NCBI GenBank assembly: GCA_951406725.2
Contig: OX597818.1
Span: forward strand, 62,868,001-62,932,000
DNA: 64,000 bases
Origin: Octopus vulgaris
Lineage: Eukaryota
Reading direction: 5' to 3'
The notes under the pieces were generated by a model. That model made no database searches. It worked only from the letters and a program-made list of their open reading frames with translations, and was not told the origin of the DNA. The number at the start of each line of letters is the position of its first letter. Within the stretch, counting starts at the first letter, position 1. Positions 29,128-42,362 of the stretch are shown one piece after another. The position numbers and the translations under genes are program-made.

Positions 29128-29699
29128 TAATAGAAAATTAAAACTGGTGAAATATAATGTGTTAGATGAATGGGAATATAGTTTAAAAGCGTGGAAATAG
29201 ATATACGTAGCAGAAATGAACTGTAAGGAGACAGTTAAAGGTCGAATTTTATAGATTGGCAGAAATTACTTATGGGAACCTAAAGCTATGTTTTTGCCAA
29301 TGTTTACAACGATAAACACGTTCGGATTATCTGCTAATGTTGAGATCTTTAATGATAAAGTCGAATTTTATAACTCTGCCTAACTTAAAGCAGGCTATAA
29401 AAAAATTACGTATATTAACCCTGTTGGCATTTAATACTGCCTCTATTAATCAGGCCATGAAAACAATATAAATTTTTGTTCAAATAATAACAGTAAGTCG
29501 AAAAATGTAGTTTTGCAGAATAAGGGAGATAACCGTTATTTATTACCCATTTTTTGTAATAAAATTAAGCGTAGAACTTTTAAAGATAATTTCCCATTTG
29601 ATTTGTATGCATATCTACATACATCAGTCTGTCTGTTTGTCTCTCTCTTCGTAATTATCATAATATTAATGATAATGGTAATAATTATATCCATATCTA

Positions 29700-29783
<84 letters not shown>

Positions 29784-29939
29784 GTGAAATAGAAAGATGA
29801 ATAATCTTGTTGCAGATTAATCAAAAGTTTAACCGATACCTTGGTAGGAAAAATCACAGCAGAAGACAGCACGGTTGGAGGTACAACCATATGGTGTTGC
29901 AACCGTGCGTTGGTGCGGATAATTGAATTTTAATATTAT

Positions 29940-30364
29940 TAGTGAATTGAAGAAATGGAGTTGAACGAAGATTGAACATAAATCGTTTTATTTCATTCTA
30001 CACGTGTTTCGAAAGGCACAATTTACCAAATTCCGATAGGCTCCTAAGAGCCCATGGCCAAACTGTTTATCAGTGTATGTTGAAAACGGGTGGTGGGTGC
30101 GTTGAAGATTTTAACGGGTCAGGCAGCGGTCATTCCGGTGGGTGAGGGCACGGGGTGCGTAGATGTTATTTGTGACCGAGAGTAAAGTTCTGACTATTTA
30201 AAGAATATTAGGTGTATTATATGGGGCGAAACAAAATCTACTTAGAGACATGTGTGTGCTGTTCTATTCCAAATCGTAATTTGGTAAATTGTGCCTTTCG
30301 AAACACGTGTAGAATGAAATAAAACGATTTCTGTTCAATCTTCGTTCAACTCCATTTCTTCAAT

Positions 30365-30370
<6 letters not shown>
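29940..30370. repeat. ~98-bp inverted repeat with ~235-bp spacer; arms carry the HHR 3' half GAAACACGTGTA
   Basis: 29940-30037 is the reverse complement of 30273-30370; right arm abuts (TA)n. Confidence 0.88.
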
Positions 30371-30413
<43 letters not shown>

Positions 30414-30694
30414 GATCAAAATAAGCAACAAGGATATCAAAGGTAGTGTAGTACAATCGTTTCATGCTACTTCATTTTAAACAATGTAAGAATTACATCA
30501 GCATATATATATATATACATCACTGGCTGTCAGTGATGAACTGCCATCACGTATAAAGCACCAACTACTTGTCGCAAATTTATTTTCTCTACAATGTGAA
30601 ACATATAATGCGTTTTCAGCCGCCCCTAATAAACGGAATTCCTCTCCTGACAAGAAATTCCCATGAAGGCGAAGATATTCTCGATTACAAGCCA

Positions 30695-30981
30695 TCTTTT
30701 ATGTTTTAGATATTTTAGTCACTAGACTGCGGCCACACAAAGGCACTGACTTGAACAATCTTAGTTGAAGGGGTCAACACCAGTACTTACTTATTAAAGC
30801 CTGCTACGTATTCTATCAGATTCGTTGTACGAACCGCTAAGTTGCGGGTCCGTAAACATAGACCAGATGTTAATCAGTGGTAGAGACAACACACACAGAC
30901 ATAAAGACATAAAAACACACACAAGTGTATACATAAACACACCGGCACACAAGCACACACACACACACATACATACATACA

Positions 30982-31015
<34 letters not shown>

Positions 31016-31036
31016 CATACATACATACATACATAC

Positions 31037-31069
<33 letters not shown>

Positions 31070-31243
31070 TGTATGTATGTATAACAAGCTTCTTTCACGT
31101 TCCATATACCAAATCCAATCACGAAGTTTTGGTGTGCAATAGCCTATAGTGGAAGACACTTGCTCAAGGTGCCACGCAACTGGACGGAAATCAGAACCAT
31201 GTGATTAAGGAGCAAGTTTTGTTTCCACACAGCCACACCTGCA
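30695..31243 (-). mobile_element. SINE family A with expanded internal (CATA)n/(GTAT)n
   Basis: gaaccgctaagttgcgg..microsatellite..gaagacacttgctcaaggtgcc..cacacagccacacctgc. Confidence 0.82.
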
Positions 31244-31319
31244 CCATCTTCTCCTTTATATTATTTGCACTATTTCTCCGGACGTCTGTAAAAGTGTTTC
31301 AAGTTTCGCGTCTTATATA

Positions 31320-31733
31320 TATTTCTTTACTACCCACAAGAGGCTAAACATAGAGGGGTCAAACAAGAACAGACAAATGGATTAAGTCGATTACATCGAC
31401 CCCAGTGCGTAACTGGTACTTTTTTTATCAACCCCGAAAGGATGAAAAGCAAAGTCGACCTCAGCGGAATTTGAACTCAAAACGTAACGACAGACGAAAT
31501 ATCTATTTATTTACTAACCACAAGGGGCCAAACACAGAGAGGACAAACAAGGACAGACAAAGGGATTAAGTCGATTATATCGACACCAGTGTGTAACTGG
31601 TACTTATGTAATCGACACCTAAAGGATGAAAGGCAAAGTCGACATCGGCGGAATTTGAACTCAGAACGTAGCGGCAGACGAAATACTGCTAAGCATTTCG
31701 CTCGGCGCTCTAACGTGTCTGTCAGCTCGGCGC
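31320..31733 (-). mobile_element. SINE family B dimer with 16-bp TSD
   Basis: Two units; TTTCGCGTCTTATATA (31304-31319) and TTTCGTGTCTTATATA (31736-31751). Confidence 0.9.
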
Positions 31734-32402
31734 TATTTCGTGTCTTATATAACTTTGCTATTGAGCTTGATCAACATGTTCTTAAGCATACATATATTCT
31801 CCTCCATTATATCATATTAAATCGTGTTAAAACGTTCTTATCCATTTAGGTTGTAAATAATTATTACTAATATCTTGTTTGTGTTGTTAATATTAATGCG
31901 GAGCAAAATATGTGAATAGAAAATTTAAGCTAATTAGCTTAGCAGACTGGAATGTACGTGGTGTTCTACTTCACAATATGGTTTTCCGTTTTGATTGATA
32001 AGTAGTATAATAGCCATTTACATTAAATGTGCACGGGGTTTGCAATAAGAAACTACCAATCAAACTATTTGTATGTTTTCTTTCTTTTTCAAATGTTCCT
32101 TAAACTTATGATTACTAAGAAGGAAAATTGTTCATGACAGATTTGGTCACATGTTAATTGTGCGAATGTATATAGATATGAGTAATTGTGTAACTGTTTG
32201 ATTGTGTGCGTATATGTGGGTCGTATGTGTATATGGGTGTATGATGTGTGTGCGTTCGTGCGTGTATGTGTGCATCTGATTAAGCCTGCCAGAGTGTGTA
32301 TTGTACATCCAGTTGAATTCAGACAAATTCTGTCACCACCAATCTTGTTCGCATATGTTAGTAATAATCATACACACTCAAATTTATACATATCCATATA
32401 CG

Positions 32403-32450
<48 letters not shown>

Positions 32451-32499
32451 TGTGAGTGTGTGCGTGTGTGTTTATATATATAAATGTTTATTTATATGC

Positions 32500-32546
<47 letters not shown>

Positions 32547-32624
32547 AGTGTGTGTTGGTGTGTGCGTGTGTGCGTGTGTGTGTGTTTATTATTACTGGCA
32601 TAATGCCCCACCTAATTTTCAATA

Positions 32625-32701
<77 letters not shown>

Positions 32702-33094
32702 CATATATATAGTCCTCCATCCACCGAGTGGCAAATATTTAATATACACAATTTATAAACGATTTATTAATAGTTTCGTGATTTCGAAATACAATAATTT
32801 GGCAGATTCTAATAACAAGCAATATATCTCGAAGCAATGTCAGCGTATATCGTTCGATGTATTTAAAAGCCAAGATGCTGGTCAATGAGACAACATAAAA
32901 GGAAACAAGAGGAATTCAACAGAATGGAGATTCATGCATAAGTTGAGCGAGATGAAAGGAAAGAAAATCAAGATCTTCGTCCTTTTGTCTCTGGAAAACA
33001 TAACCTAGGAAAACATAATTAATATGTGTGGAATGATATAACAGAGAGAAGGCGGTGAGGCAATCATTCAGTTTGAATAGGTGGCGTCTTCCAG

Positions 33095-33495
33095 TTCGAA
33101 AACCGAAACTTGTTCATATGCTTGCATCTGGCAAAACTTTTGGATTTGGAGTTAAGTAGTGTGGTGGAGTTCTGGGATTGAAAAGTTTGCATGATCTTTC
33201 AACTACGCACAACTTGCATCACTTTAAGCCGTTTATATACGGCGTGTATTTCTCTTTGATTCTCTACTTGATTGCATACGGTGTGCAATTGGTCTTCAGA
33301 TCCCATACATGTCTTGCCAACTCAGTGTCTTTAAATATATCAACGTGTCGAGTAGAAGACTGGTGATCTGCTTAACGGCTTTTAAAATTGCTTTAGCGTA
33401 AATGGACGTAACGTTCCTGCTCATTATGTAACTTCGGTTTCACAAACATCTACGTATATTAAACACTCCCAGTTGCAACGGTAGAAACATTGAAG
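33095..33495 (-). mobile_element. Penelope-like element relic: GIY-YIG endonuclease C-terminus (pseudogenised)
   Basis: Manual translation RYVHLR*SNFKSR*ADHQSSTRH..DTELARHVWDLK..YAIK*RI...PYING.K*CKLCVVE..LLNSKS..RCKHMNKF resembles the invertebrate PLE C-terminus pattern recalled as FK.RY..HK.SF..TELSKH.W.LK..CxLC..E..LLN.R.E...CRH..KF. Confidence 0.8.
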
Positions 33496-34578
33496 CTTAC
33501 CCACGTGATTCTGAAGTAAGCAGTGATGAGATAAAGTTCTGACGCGTGCGAAGTTCGGTCAATGGACGACTGTTACGATGTATTCTATCAATTATATACC
33601 TCCTCACAGCAACTTGTTCAGAAGACGCCAGCACACACACACACGCGTTGAAGTCACAAAGTAGCCTCCGTTCTACCGAACTTAGAACGTGCTTTATTGA
33701 ACTTACTCTTATTCATATTTTGCAGCATAAGTATTCTATGGTAGTTTAGCCTTACTTATAGAATCAGATTTTCACATTTGATAAGACACAAAGAAATTAA
33801 CTTACGTCTTACACCTAAATATTCTATAACTGAATAGTATAATTAAGCTGTAAGGGCAGCTCTTGAAGAAGCAGACTTCATCAGTTAGATATTTAAAAAT
33901 ACCATAATCCTCATACAGTTTGATATGAACATTTGCAGATAATGAAGTTATTTATCTGCTATAGTTCCTGCTGACGGTTGCCGACAAAGAGAACTTCAAT
34001 AGTTTTGTCTATAATAGGTTCGTTTAAAGATGTTTCTTTTTTAGCCAGTATGCATTAGATTTATCTGATAGCATCAAGGCTACTGATATTCGTGATGAGA
34101 TTGGATACATGTACAGCGATTGCCGTTAGCTGTGTCCTGTCGGTTGTCAGCATTCCGGCCATGTTTTCGATCAAAGGATAATAGAGGACACATGTCTGTC
34201 TGTATATTTGGTGGCATAAATGTACGTAGGATGCACATACAATTTGTATGCATCTATCTATGCTTATATATATATGTCCGCGTGTGTGTGTGTCCATGTG
34301 TGTGTGCTTATATGTACATATATATGTGCGTGTGTGTATAAATGTACTGACGCTATGTGCTTGAAGCATTATTGAATAAATATAAGATATAGCTTTAAAG
34401 TTGAAGCTATAGTGATAAAACTTAGAAGAAGGCCATGTTGTATTCACAAAATTGCCAAACAATAATATATTACAAGAAAAACATTAGAGCAATATTTCGA
34501 CTCTACCGTTAACAGCATAATTAACTCAGCCAATCAAATTTCATTATATATATATGTGTGTATTTGTGTGTATGTGAG

Positions 34579-34671
<93 letters not shown>

Positions 34672-35185
34672 GGACTGAAATAGAGATTATATTTTCGTTC
34701 AAGAAAAGAAATGAAATTACGGTATTTTTAAGTCTTTCGTTTCTCAAATTTCTGTATAGTTGTATAGTCTGGGTTATATGGTTAACACACGCGCTTTGAA
34801 ATTGTGCTGAATTCGGTTCTATCCCGCAGTACATCATACAGAAACGGTGAGGCCATTCCTACACTGTAGTGGTAGCCACAATACGTCAACCAATGCAAAG
34901 TCACCAGCTGTTTCATAAGTGATTGTATCCATCGACTCAATTGAAAGTTTTTAATCTAAATTTTTCTCAGAAAAAGTTTTTATCTCTTTTATCAACTGAT
35001 CTCCTAGATCCAGAAAATTGTGGATATGCTGCCCTTCCTGGTATGGCTAGGCCATTTAAACATCACTATCGCGTCTAAAGTGCTTTAGGAACTTTGAGTA
35101 TATACTGCCTCGTTAAAAATTATTAGTTTATAGGGGAGTTAATGCTGGTTTCTTGAAGTTTAAGGTCGGAGACTGAGCTAAAAGC

Positions 35186-35582
<397 letters not shown>

Positions 35583-36350
35583 GCATTAGGTCAACTCCAG
35601 TGATTTACCGTTATATATTTTATCTGCCATGTTTCACAGGTGTTGCTACGGTAGCGAGACTTGTCCACGAAAATACAAAGAGAATAAAGAGACAACTACT
35701 TCCGATGCTGTGTGTGAATTTATATTGACGTCGTTTCATGCATTCTCTTACTTCAGATTAATTGATGCAAGTCTGACAAAGTCACAATTATCAGTGATAC
35801 ACAACGAGTACACAATTCTGACGACAAATGGCAAGACAACGGGCACTGTGAATTTTAATCGCTAAATACTTCAGCAGCGATTGGTAAGTCACTCCTAGAA
35901 TTCGGCATTGAACTATTCGCCATAGTTATCTCGTACACACACATGCACACATAGAGACTCACACAAAGGCACATAAATAAACACATACACACATACAATC
36001 AATTAACCTCCAGAGAAGGAGTAGTTCTCTCCCCTGCTTCTAATAATAACAATCTCCAATTAGCTCCATTTAGACTTAGTGGCCTACATCACAAACGAGC
36101 TTTCCCGCTACTGACATGGATTAAAAAATTCTCATGATAACATGAAATTAAAATATTTTCACTATTGTTTTAGTCAAGATTTGTATAATCGAAACCGGTT
36201 GTAAATAATTTATCTTTCAAAAATCTTTCTAATGAAAATTTCCCCTACATACATTTGAGTATGTGAGTGTATGTGAGCACGTGTGTAGTAGCATACGAGA
36301 TTGAGCATTCAGAGTGCATACGTATTAGTAAGAGTCACATATTATATATG

Positions 36351-36404
<54 letters not shown>

Positions 36405-36405
<1 letters not shown>

Positions 36406-36973
36406 CGGGAAGCTTTATGAAAATAAACAAAAGACGAAGGCAGGTGGAAAACAAACGAACAATTGTATTAGTATGGCGCTCAGGAAATATAAATAAAACA
36501 AGTCTTTAACGTTTCGAGCCTACGCTCTTCAACAGAAAGATACACAGAGAGAGAAAAACACAGAAAGAAGGAGTGAAAAAAATGCGTGCAGTAGCTAACG
36601 AATCAACATGGCGATTTGATTTCGGCCAGAGGTCAAAGATCAAACATGAGATGCGAGAGCGAAATAAGGGGAGGAAAATGTGGGAAGCATGAAATGAATG
36701 TAAAAAAAGTGGTAATATAAGAGAAAATAAAAATACAACAAACGGGACAGTTTATGCGAACAAGTTCAAGGTTGAAAGTTCAAGGTGAGAAATGTGTAGA
36801 CGTCGTGGTATATTTTTTAAGGATTTCACATCAATGCAAAGTCACTCTGATCCGCGAAAGAGAGGTGCAGCCAATGGTAAGTATCCAAGAGGTAAAGAAA
36901 ATCCAAGGTAGAGGTAAGTGTTGATAGTGGTATTGGTAGAATATAGGATGAAAGTGAGACCACGTGAGCGCAT

Positions 36974-36975
<2 letters not shown>
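36405..36975 (-). mobile_element. Longer copy of the TA-embedded HHR family 2 element
   Basis: Same 3' end as the 35317 copy and ~360 nt more 5' sequence; HHR 36503-36540; (TA)n on both sides. Confidence 0.8.
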
Positions 36976-37017
<42 letters not shown>

Positions 37018-37667
37018 TGAATAATGCCGTGCACGTACGGAGATATAATTTAATCTACGTTGGCCGCTGTCCGTTTAATTAAGTATCGCTTGTTATAGCT
37101 CTGCATGCGCCAACGAAATTATTTTTTGCTGCATACATATAAGAAGGGTTGGTTTTAGTGGACTATGTGCAAAGCCCTGATGTCAGAAGTTGGTGAAATG
37201 TAACAACGTTGGAATACGTATCCTACAGTTGATAGCGTCGGGAAGAACCCTACTCGTTATACACATTATTTGAAAGGGGAATTTTACTTCTGCGGCGGGT
37301 AACAATATGAAAGTGGTTCTCCTTTTGTAGCAATTCATTGGATATGCAAAATAGGGATATACAAATAGGGAAATTGTGCATTTCGAATATTCTTTAAATT
37401 GCTGGCATTGATGATGTGAATAAACGATTTATAGGAGAATTATTGTAATTCAGACAGACATGCATGCAAATAAACTCCACACGTAAGTGTTTTTCTTAAT
37501 TTATGCGTCTGAGATAGAATCGCTCCGAAATGTAATTATTATTCTCAGACTGATTGCTGTTGCCGTAAAATATCGGAATAACTTACTGGAACACAACAAA
37601 GTCTGACTTCTTAGATCAATACATCTAGGGAAATTCTTTTGATCCCGATATCAATATTAGACTCAGT

Positions 37668-37860
37668 TAAGGTGGCTTGATGGCAGAATCATTAGCAAGC
37701 TAGGCAACAATGCTCAGCAGCATTTACGTTCTGAGTTCGAATACCTCCGAGGTTGGCTTTGCCTTTTAACCTTTCAAGGGTGAATGAAATAAGTTCCAGT
37801 TGAGTAATCGGCAACCCAGCCCGAAATTGCTGGCCTTGTGTCAAAATCTGAAACCAAAAT
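37668..37860 (+). mobile_element. SINE family B (degenerate)
   Basis: tggcagaatcattagc..gttctgagttcgaat..ctttgcctttt. Confidence 0.7.
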
Positions 37861-38310
37861 TAAACTCATTTATTTTGCAATTAATTAACAATTATTTTGG
37901 TGCTTTTAAAATCACGAAATTCTCTCCATCATTTACTCTTTTACTCTTTTACTGTTTTAAGAGTGGTGGGAACGGATGGAGAACAATGTACCCTGAAATC
38001 GAAGCCTGGTCCAAAAGATTGCAATTGGGTGGACTTCCCTAAGTCATAGACAACACCTGGTGAGGTAAAACCAAGCATTAGATTAAGTCTACCACCCGAG
38101 TGGACCATGGCTGAATTTGAACTTAGACAATAAAATACGGGAATAAATACTTGAATGTATCTAGTCTAGAGTTCTTACAGTCCCATCTTCCCACCTTCCT
38201 GGATTTCTACATTCTTTTATCGGCCTAGAAAGGAGAAAATGTGTGTTGTCCTATTCGTCGATGGCTGGAAAACTGGTGCAATTTTTTAACCAAAAATGTT
38301 TACCACATAC

Positions 38311-38456
38311 TGTTTTGTCTGGGGAGAGTCATTTTTTTCTTTTTGTGCCATATAATGTCACACAATTAACCGGTAAAGTTTCCACTTATTTCTTATTTTT
38401 ATTTTCCTAAAATTTTCGTTGCGTCTTGCAACCTTTTCAATAGTCTTGACTCTCAC
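38311..38456. mobile_element. Short insertion with 13-bp TSD
   Basis: GTTTACCACATAC at 38298-38310 and 38457-38469; left part related to 41982-42055. Confidence 0.78.
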
Positions 38457-39645
38457 GTTTACCACATACATCAACTGCTATTGTTACAATTGCAAAATCA
38501 TCTGTGTCTCAATCGACATCTAATTCGTTCCCCCACCAAACTGAAAGGGATATTAGTCCTAAGATTTTCGATAGCACTAGCGTCATGAATAAATAGATAT
38601 CTAGGGAGAAAAAACAACCGTAAAACAATCACTGAGGAATATACAACACATAAAGAAATTTACAATGGACGTATGAAGAGGATAGGAATTTCTTAATACT
38701 TAAACCTATATGCAAACAACATAACGATTTTGAGGTGAGCGTGGACTGCGTACATCGTATAAAATTGTTAGTGATGATATCGTAAGAGGAAATCGCAAGA
38801 CACGTGTTAACGCTACATGACAATCAATAGATTGCATTAGGTATAAAACTGGAATATTTCTTAGGAGTAGCTTGAAGATTACATTGCATTGCATTTACCC
38901 AGCAAAGCCAACAGGGATAGAAATCGAGTGAAAGAATCATGGTGAGCCAATAATTTATTCGTTAAGAATAAACAGACAAATTTCCTTCATGAAAGTACAA
39001 ATATTTTCAAAAAGGAACAATATGTTAGTTAATAAAGTTTCTATGCATTTAATTTGTTATTTATTAAACGAAAAAGAGGAGTGTTGACAACTGGAAATAA
39101 TTTTGCTAAAAGTCTGCTCAATCATTGATTGAATAGAATGAAACAGGAAAGCCAGCAAGAACAGCGACAGCAACAACACTAACAACAATATTGACGTCAG
39201 ATCTAACAGAGTAATTGGTCATGTATCATCGTACGTAATGCTACTAAACTAGCAATTAATGCTGAAAATCGTGAATCGTGTTCAAGATGAAATAATTTAT
39301 ATCGAAACGACACGCATAAAACTCTCTTAGAACTAATGAAACTAATGAGAATAGACTTTACTTCGCACAAACCTCAAGCCAAAACCTTTGGCATCAATAT
39401 AAAATTTTTCACGGAATCCATGAAATCCTCAGCTAGAATATCTCGAGGCTATCCACAGCATTGAAAGTTATGTGCTATAGAAATCAACACTAAGAGCCGT
39501 TAAGTATTATCCAATTCCAATAACATGTTGTTAATTAGAAATATATTTTTATCGCCTCACACTTTCACCATTATATAAATCAATCCATCCATCCATCCAT
39601 CCATCTATTATCTCTCTCTCTTCTCTGTTTATATATATCTCTCTG

Positions 39646-39707
<62 letters not shown>

Positions 39708-40068
39708 GGGGAGTATAACTCCAAACTTACTGGGAAAAATTCAATTTAGTATTAAATCAAATTTCATAACCACATGAACAAGTCCTTATAGCACAATGGC
39801 ACACAAACTTAAAGAGTAATTTACTAAGTGAAAATCTCAAAAGATTAAAATAACTCGGGAGAATATATATACACTTGTCGGTTATTTCAGCCCTGACATC
39901 GATCGTCTTTCAAGATTTTGTTTTCTCCCGTTATCAACCACACAAATACAGATTTATGTTCATATCTCCGATAATTCTGTTTGTCGTTGATAAGCAATGA
40001 GAAGGAAAACTTCATAGAAGAATCGATTGAGTTGCATAATAGTGGTTTTATCTCTAATTCATATTCTA

Positions 40069-40133
<65 letters not shown>

Positions 40134-40134
<1 letters not shown>

Positions 40135-40251
40135 TTTACGGGCATAACTCTTTGAAAACACCGGTTCTCGTCCGATCACTAAAGTCAAGCAACGTCGAGC
40201 CTAGTTAGTACTAAGATCGGTGACCGTTTGGGAAACCTGGGTGGTGTAAAC
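40134..40251 (+). pseudogene. 5S rRNA pseudogene/variant
   Basis: 118 nt, GTTTACGGGCATAAC..AAAACACCGGTTCTCGTCCGATCAC..AAGTCAAGC..GTTAGTAC..GGTGACCG..TGGGAA..GTAAAC; ends pair (GTTTAC/GTAAAC); solitary, several substitutions, no T4 terminator. Confidence 0.9.
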
Positions 40252-40440
40252 GTCTTTCAGTCCTTTAAAGGAGGTACTCCAGCATGGCCGAAGTCGAATA
40301 AATAAAAGAATATATATGTATAATATTGAATAAGTTAGTGGCTGAGGAACATTTATTTGTAATCCCTACAGTTGCTTCCCCGTAGCATAGTGCTCCAGCT
40401 TGGCAGGTGTTTGTTTATATTAGTGTTTCCCTCAAGTTGT

Positions 40441-40820
40441 GTTTCTTTTATTTATTTCGGTTATTTGCCTGCGGCCATGCTGGAACACGGGTTTAGCCGA
40501 ATAAGTCGACCCCAAGACCTATTCTTTGTAAGCCTAGTACTTATCCTATCGATCTCCTTTGCTGACACACTAAGTTACGAGGACGTAAGCTCACCAACAT
40601 CGGTTGTCAAGCGATGCTGGGCGTGACAAACACAGACACAGGCATACATATATATATACTACAGGCTTCTTTCGGTTTCCATCTACCAAATACACTCAAA
40701 AGGATTTGGTCAGGCCGAGACTATAGTAGAAGACACTTGCTCAAAGTGCCACATGGTTGGTAAGCAAGCCACTTACCACACAGCCACGCCTGTACCTACG
40801 CCAAACAGCCACGCCTGCGC
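40441..40820 (-). mobile_element. SINE family A
   Basis: gcggccatgctgg..ctaagttacgaggacg..gaagacacttgc..cacagccacgcc. Confidence 0.83.
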
Positions 40821-41270
40821 CTATATATAAATATAGCTGTTTTGAAATACTGCTTCTGAATATTGTTCCACAAACAATAGTCTTATATAATCTGCGCAAA
40901 CACTACGAGATTTCATAATGCTGGGAAACGGCTGCATAATGAAATACCAGCGATTCTGGAGAACTGCGTGGACACAATTGTAATGATTACAAATTATATC
41001 CCGCAATGTTCCTTCTTGTTGACTTCAGTTTATTCAGTAATCCATTCACACTCTACAAAAGACCCAAATCAAATCTGGCAAAAGTTATAAAACTACTGTT
41101 AGATAGTGATCAGTAAAATCTGAATGTGGGTGTGAATTTGATGTCAATTATATGCTTTGAATACAACGTTAGAGCATTTTAGCTCCTATGTCTAGCAATG
41201 CAGGTATCTTGACATTCTTAATCGTATTTTATGACAAGTTTGTATATATATGTATATTTAGGATTTTCAT

Positions 41271-41345
<75 letters not shown>

Positions 41346-41347
<2 letters not shown>

Positions 41348-41560
41348 GGAGTAAACACATAAATGTGAAACAAGGTGGAAAAAAGAGTACTCAAATACCA
41401 GGGGTAGAGTAATATGCTTTATTTAAAAGCAGAAGAAATTCAACAAAACCTCTTACTCTGAGTTTCACGTTCCCGTTCGTCGGACAAAAGCTGTCCGACG
41501 AACGAGAACGTGAAACTCAGAGTAACAGGTTTTGTTGAATTTCTGCTGCTTTTAAATAAA

Positions 41561-41566
<6 letters not shown>
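41346..41566. mobile_element. TA-embedded element ending in a ~75-bp-arm palindrome with two opposed HHR-like motifs (family 3)
   Basis: 41412-41486 inverted to 41492-41566; + motif CTGT-CCGACGA-ACG-agaa-CGT-GAAACTC-a-GAGTA-ACAG at 41491-41528. Confidence 0.75.
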
Positions 41567-41618
<52 letters not shown>

Positions 41619-41661
41619 GTATATTTATTAATTAATTATTTTATTGTTCTATATTATTTTT

Positions 41662-41747
41662 AACCTGATGAGCGACTATATTTATATCGAAGTGATTTCT
41701 CTACTACTATAATAATTTCTTAAATATATCAGCGAACACGTGTCGTT
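41662..41747 (+). ncRNA. Degenerate hammerhead motif with long stem II (family 4) within a TA-flanked insert
   Basis: aac-CTGATGA-gcgactatattta...taaatatatcagc-GA(A missing)ACACGTGTC-gtt; palindromic stem III, GUC site. Confidence 0.55.
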
Positions 41748-41897
41748 TTTCTACCTATTATATACATTTTTATTATTTTTTTTGCAATTTACTTAATCTA
41801 TACGTTTTATTGTTATTTTAATTTTAAATTTTCTACTATATGTAATTTTCTAGATGGTGTAATTTAATCGTTCATTTTGAATTGATAAAAAGGTGTT

Positions 41898-41976
<79 letters not shown>

Positions 41977-41981
41977 ATAAA

Positions 41982-42109
41982 CTGTTGTGTCTGGAGAGTT
42001 ATTCTCTTTTAGTGTATTATAATTTAACACACACACCAGTAAAATTTCCACTTATTAATGTGTAAAATTATAAGGCACTAAAAGAGAAAGATCTTCCCAG
42101 ACACAGCAG
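41982..42109. repeat. Imperfect foldback (~50-bp arms)
   Basis: ctgttgtgtctgg..ctcttttagtgtattataatttaacaca / tgtgtaaaattataaggcactaaaagag..ccagacacagcag. Confidence 0.75.
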
Positions 42110-42315
42110 AACTCACCTAAAGAATCTTGCAAGCCAAATTCAGAGCGGCTGTGTGTTACGTAGCTTGCTTACCAAACACATGCTCCCGGGTTCATATTCC
42201 CAAACTTATGCCAGTAAGGTACTAGCAAAATATGATGGATCTTTATTAGAAATCGTATTTTGGAACCCTCCAAAATAAAAAGACGAACTATAATTCAACC
42301 TTTTCACATATATTA

Positions 42316-42362
<47 letters not shown>

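Noticed and set aside
40134-40251. Functional 5S rRNA gene
   Set aside because: Solitary, substitutions in the internal promoter region, no oligo-T terminator, fused to a SINE tail.
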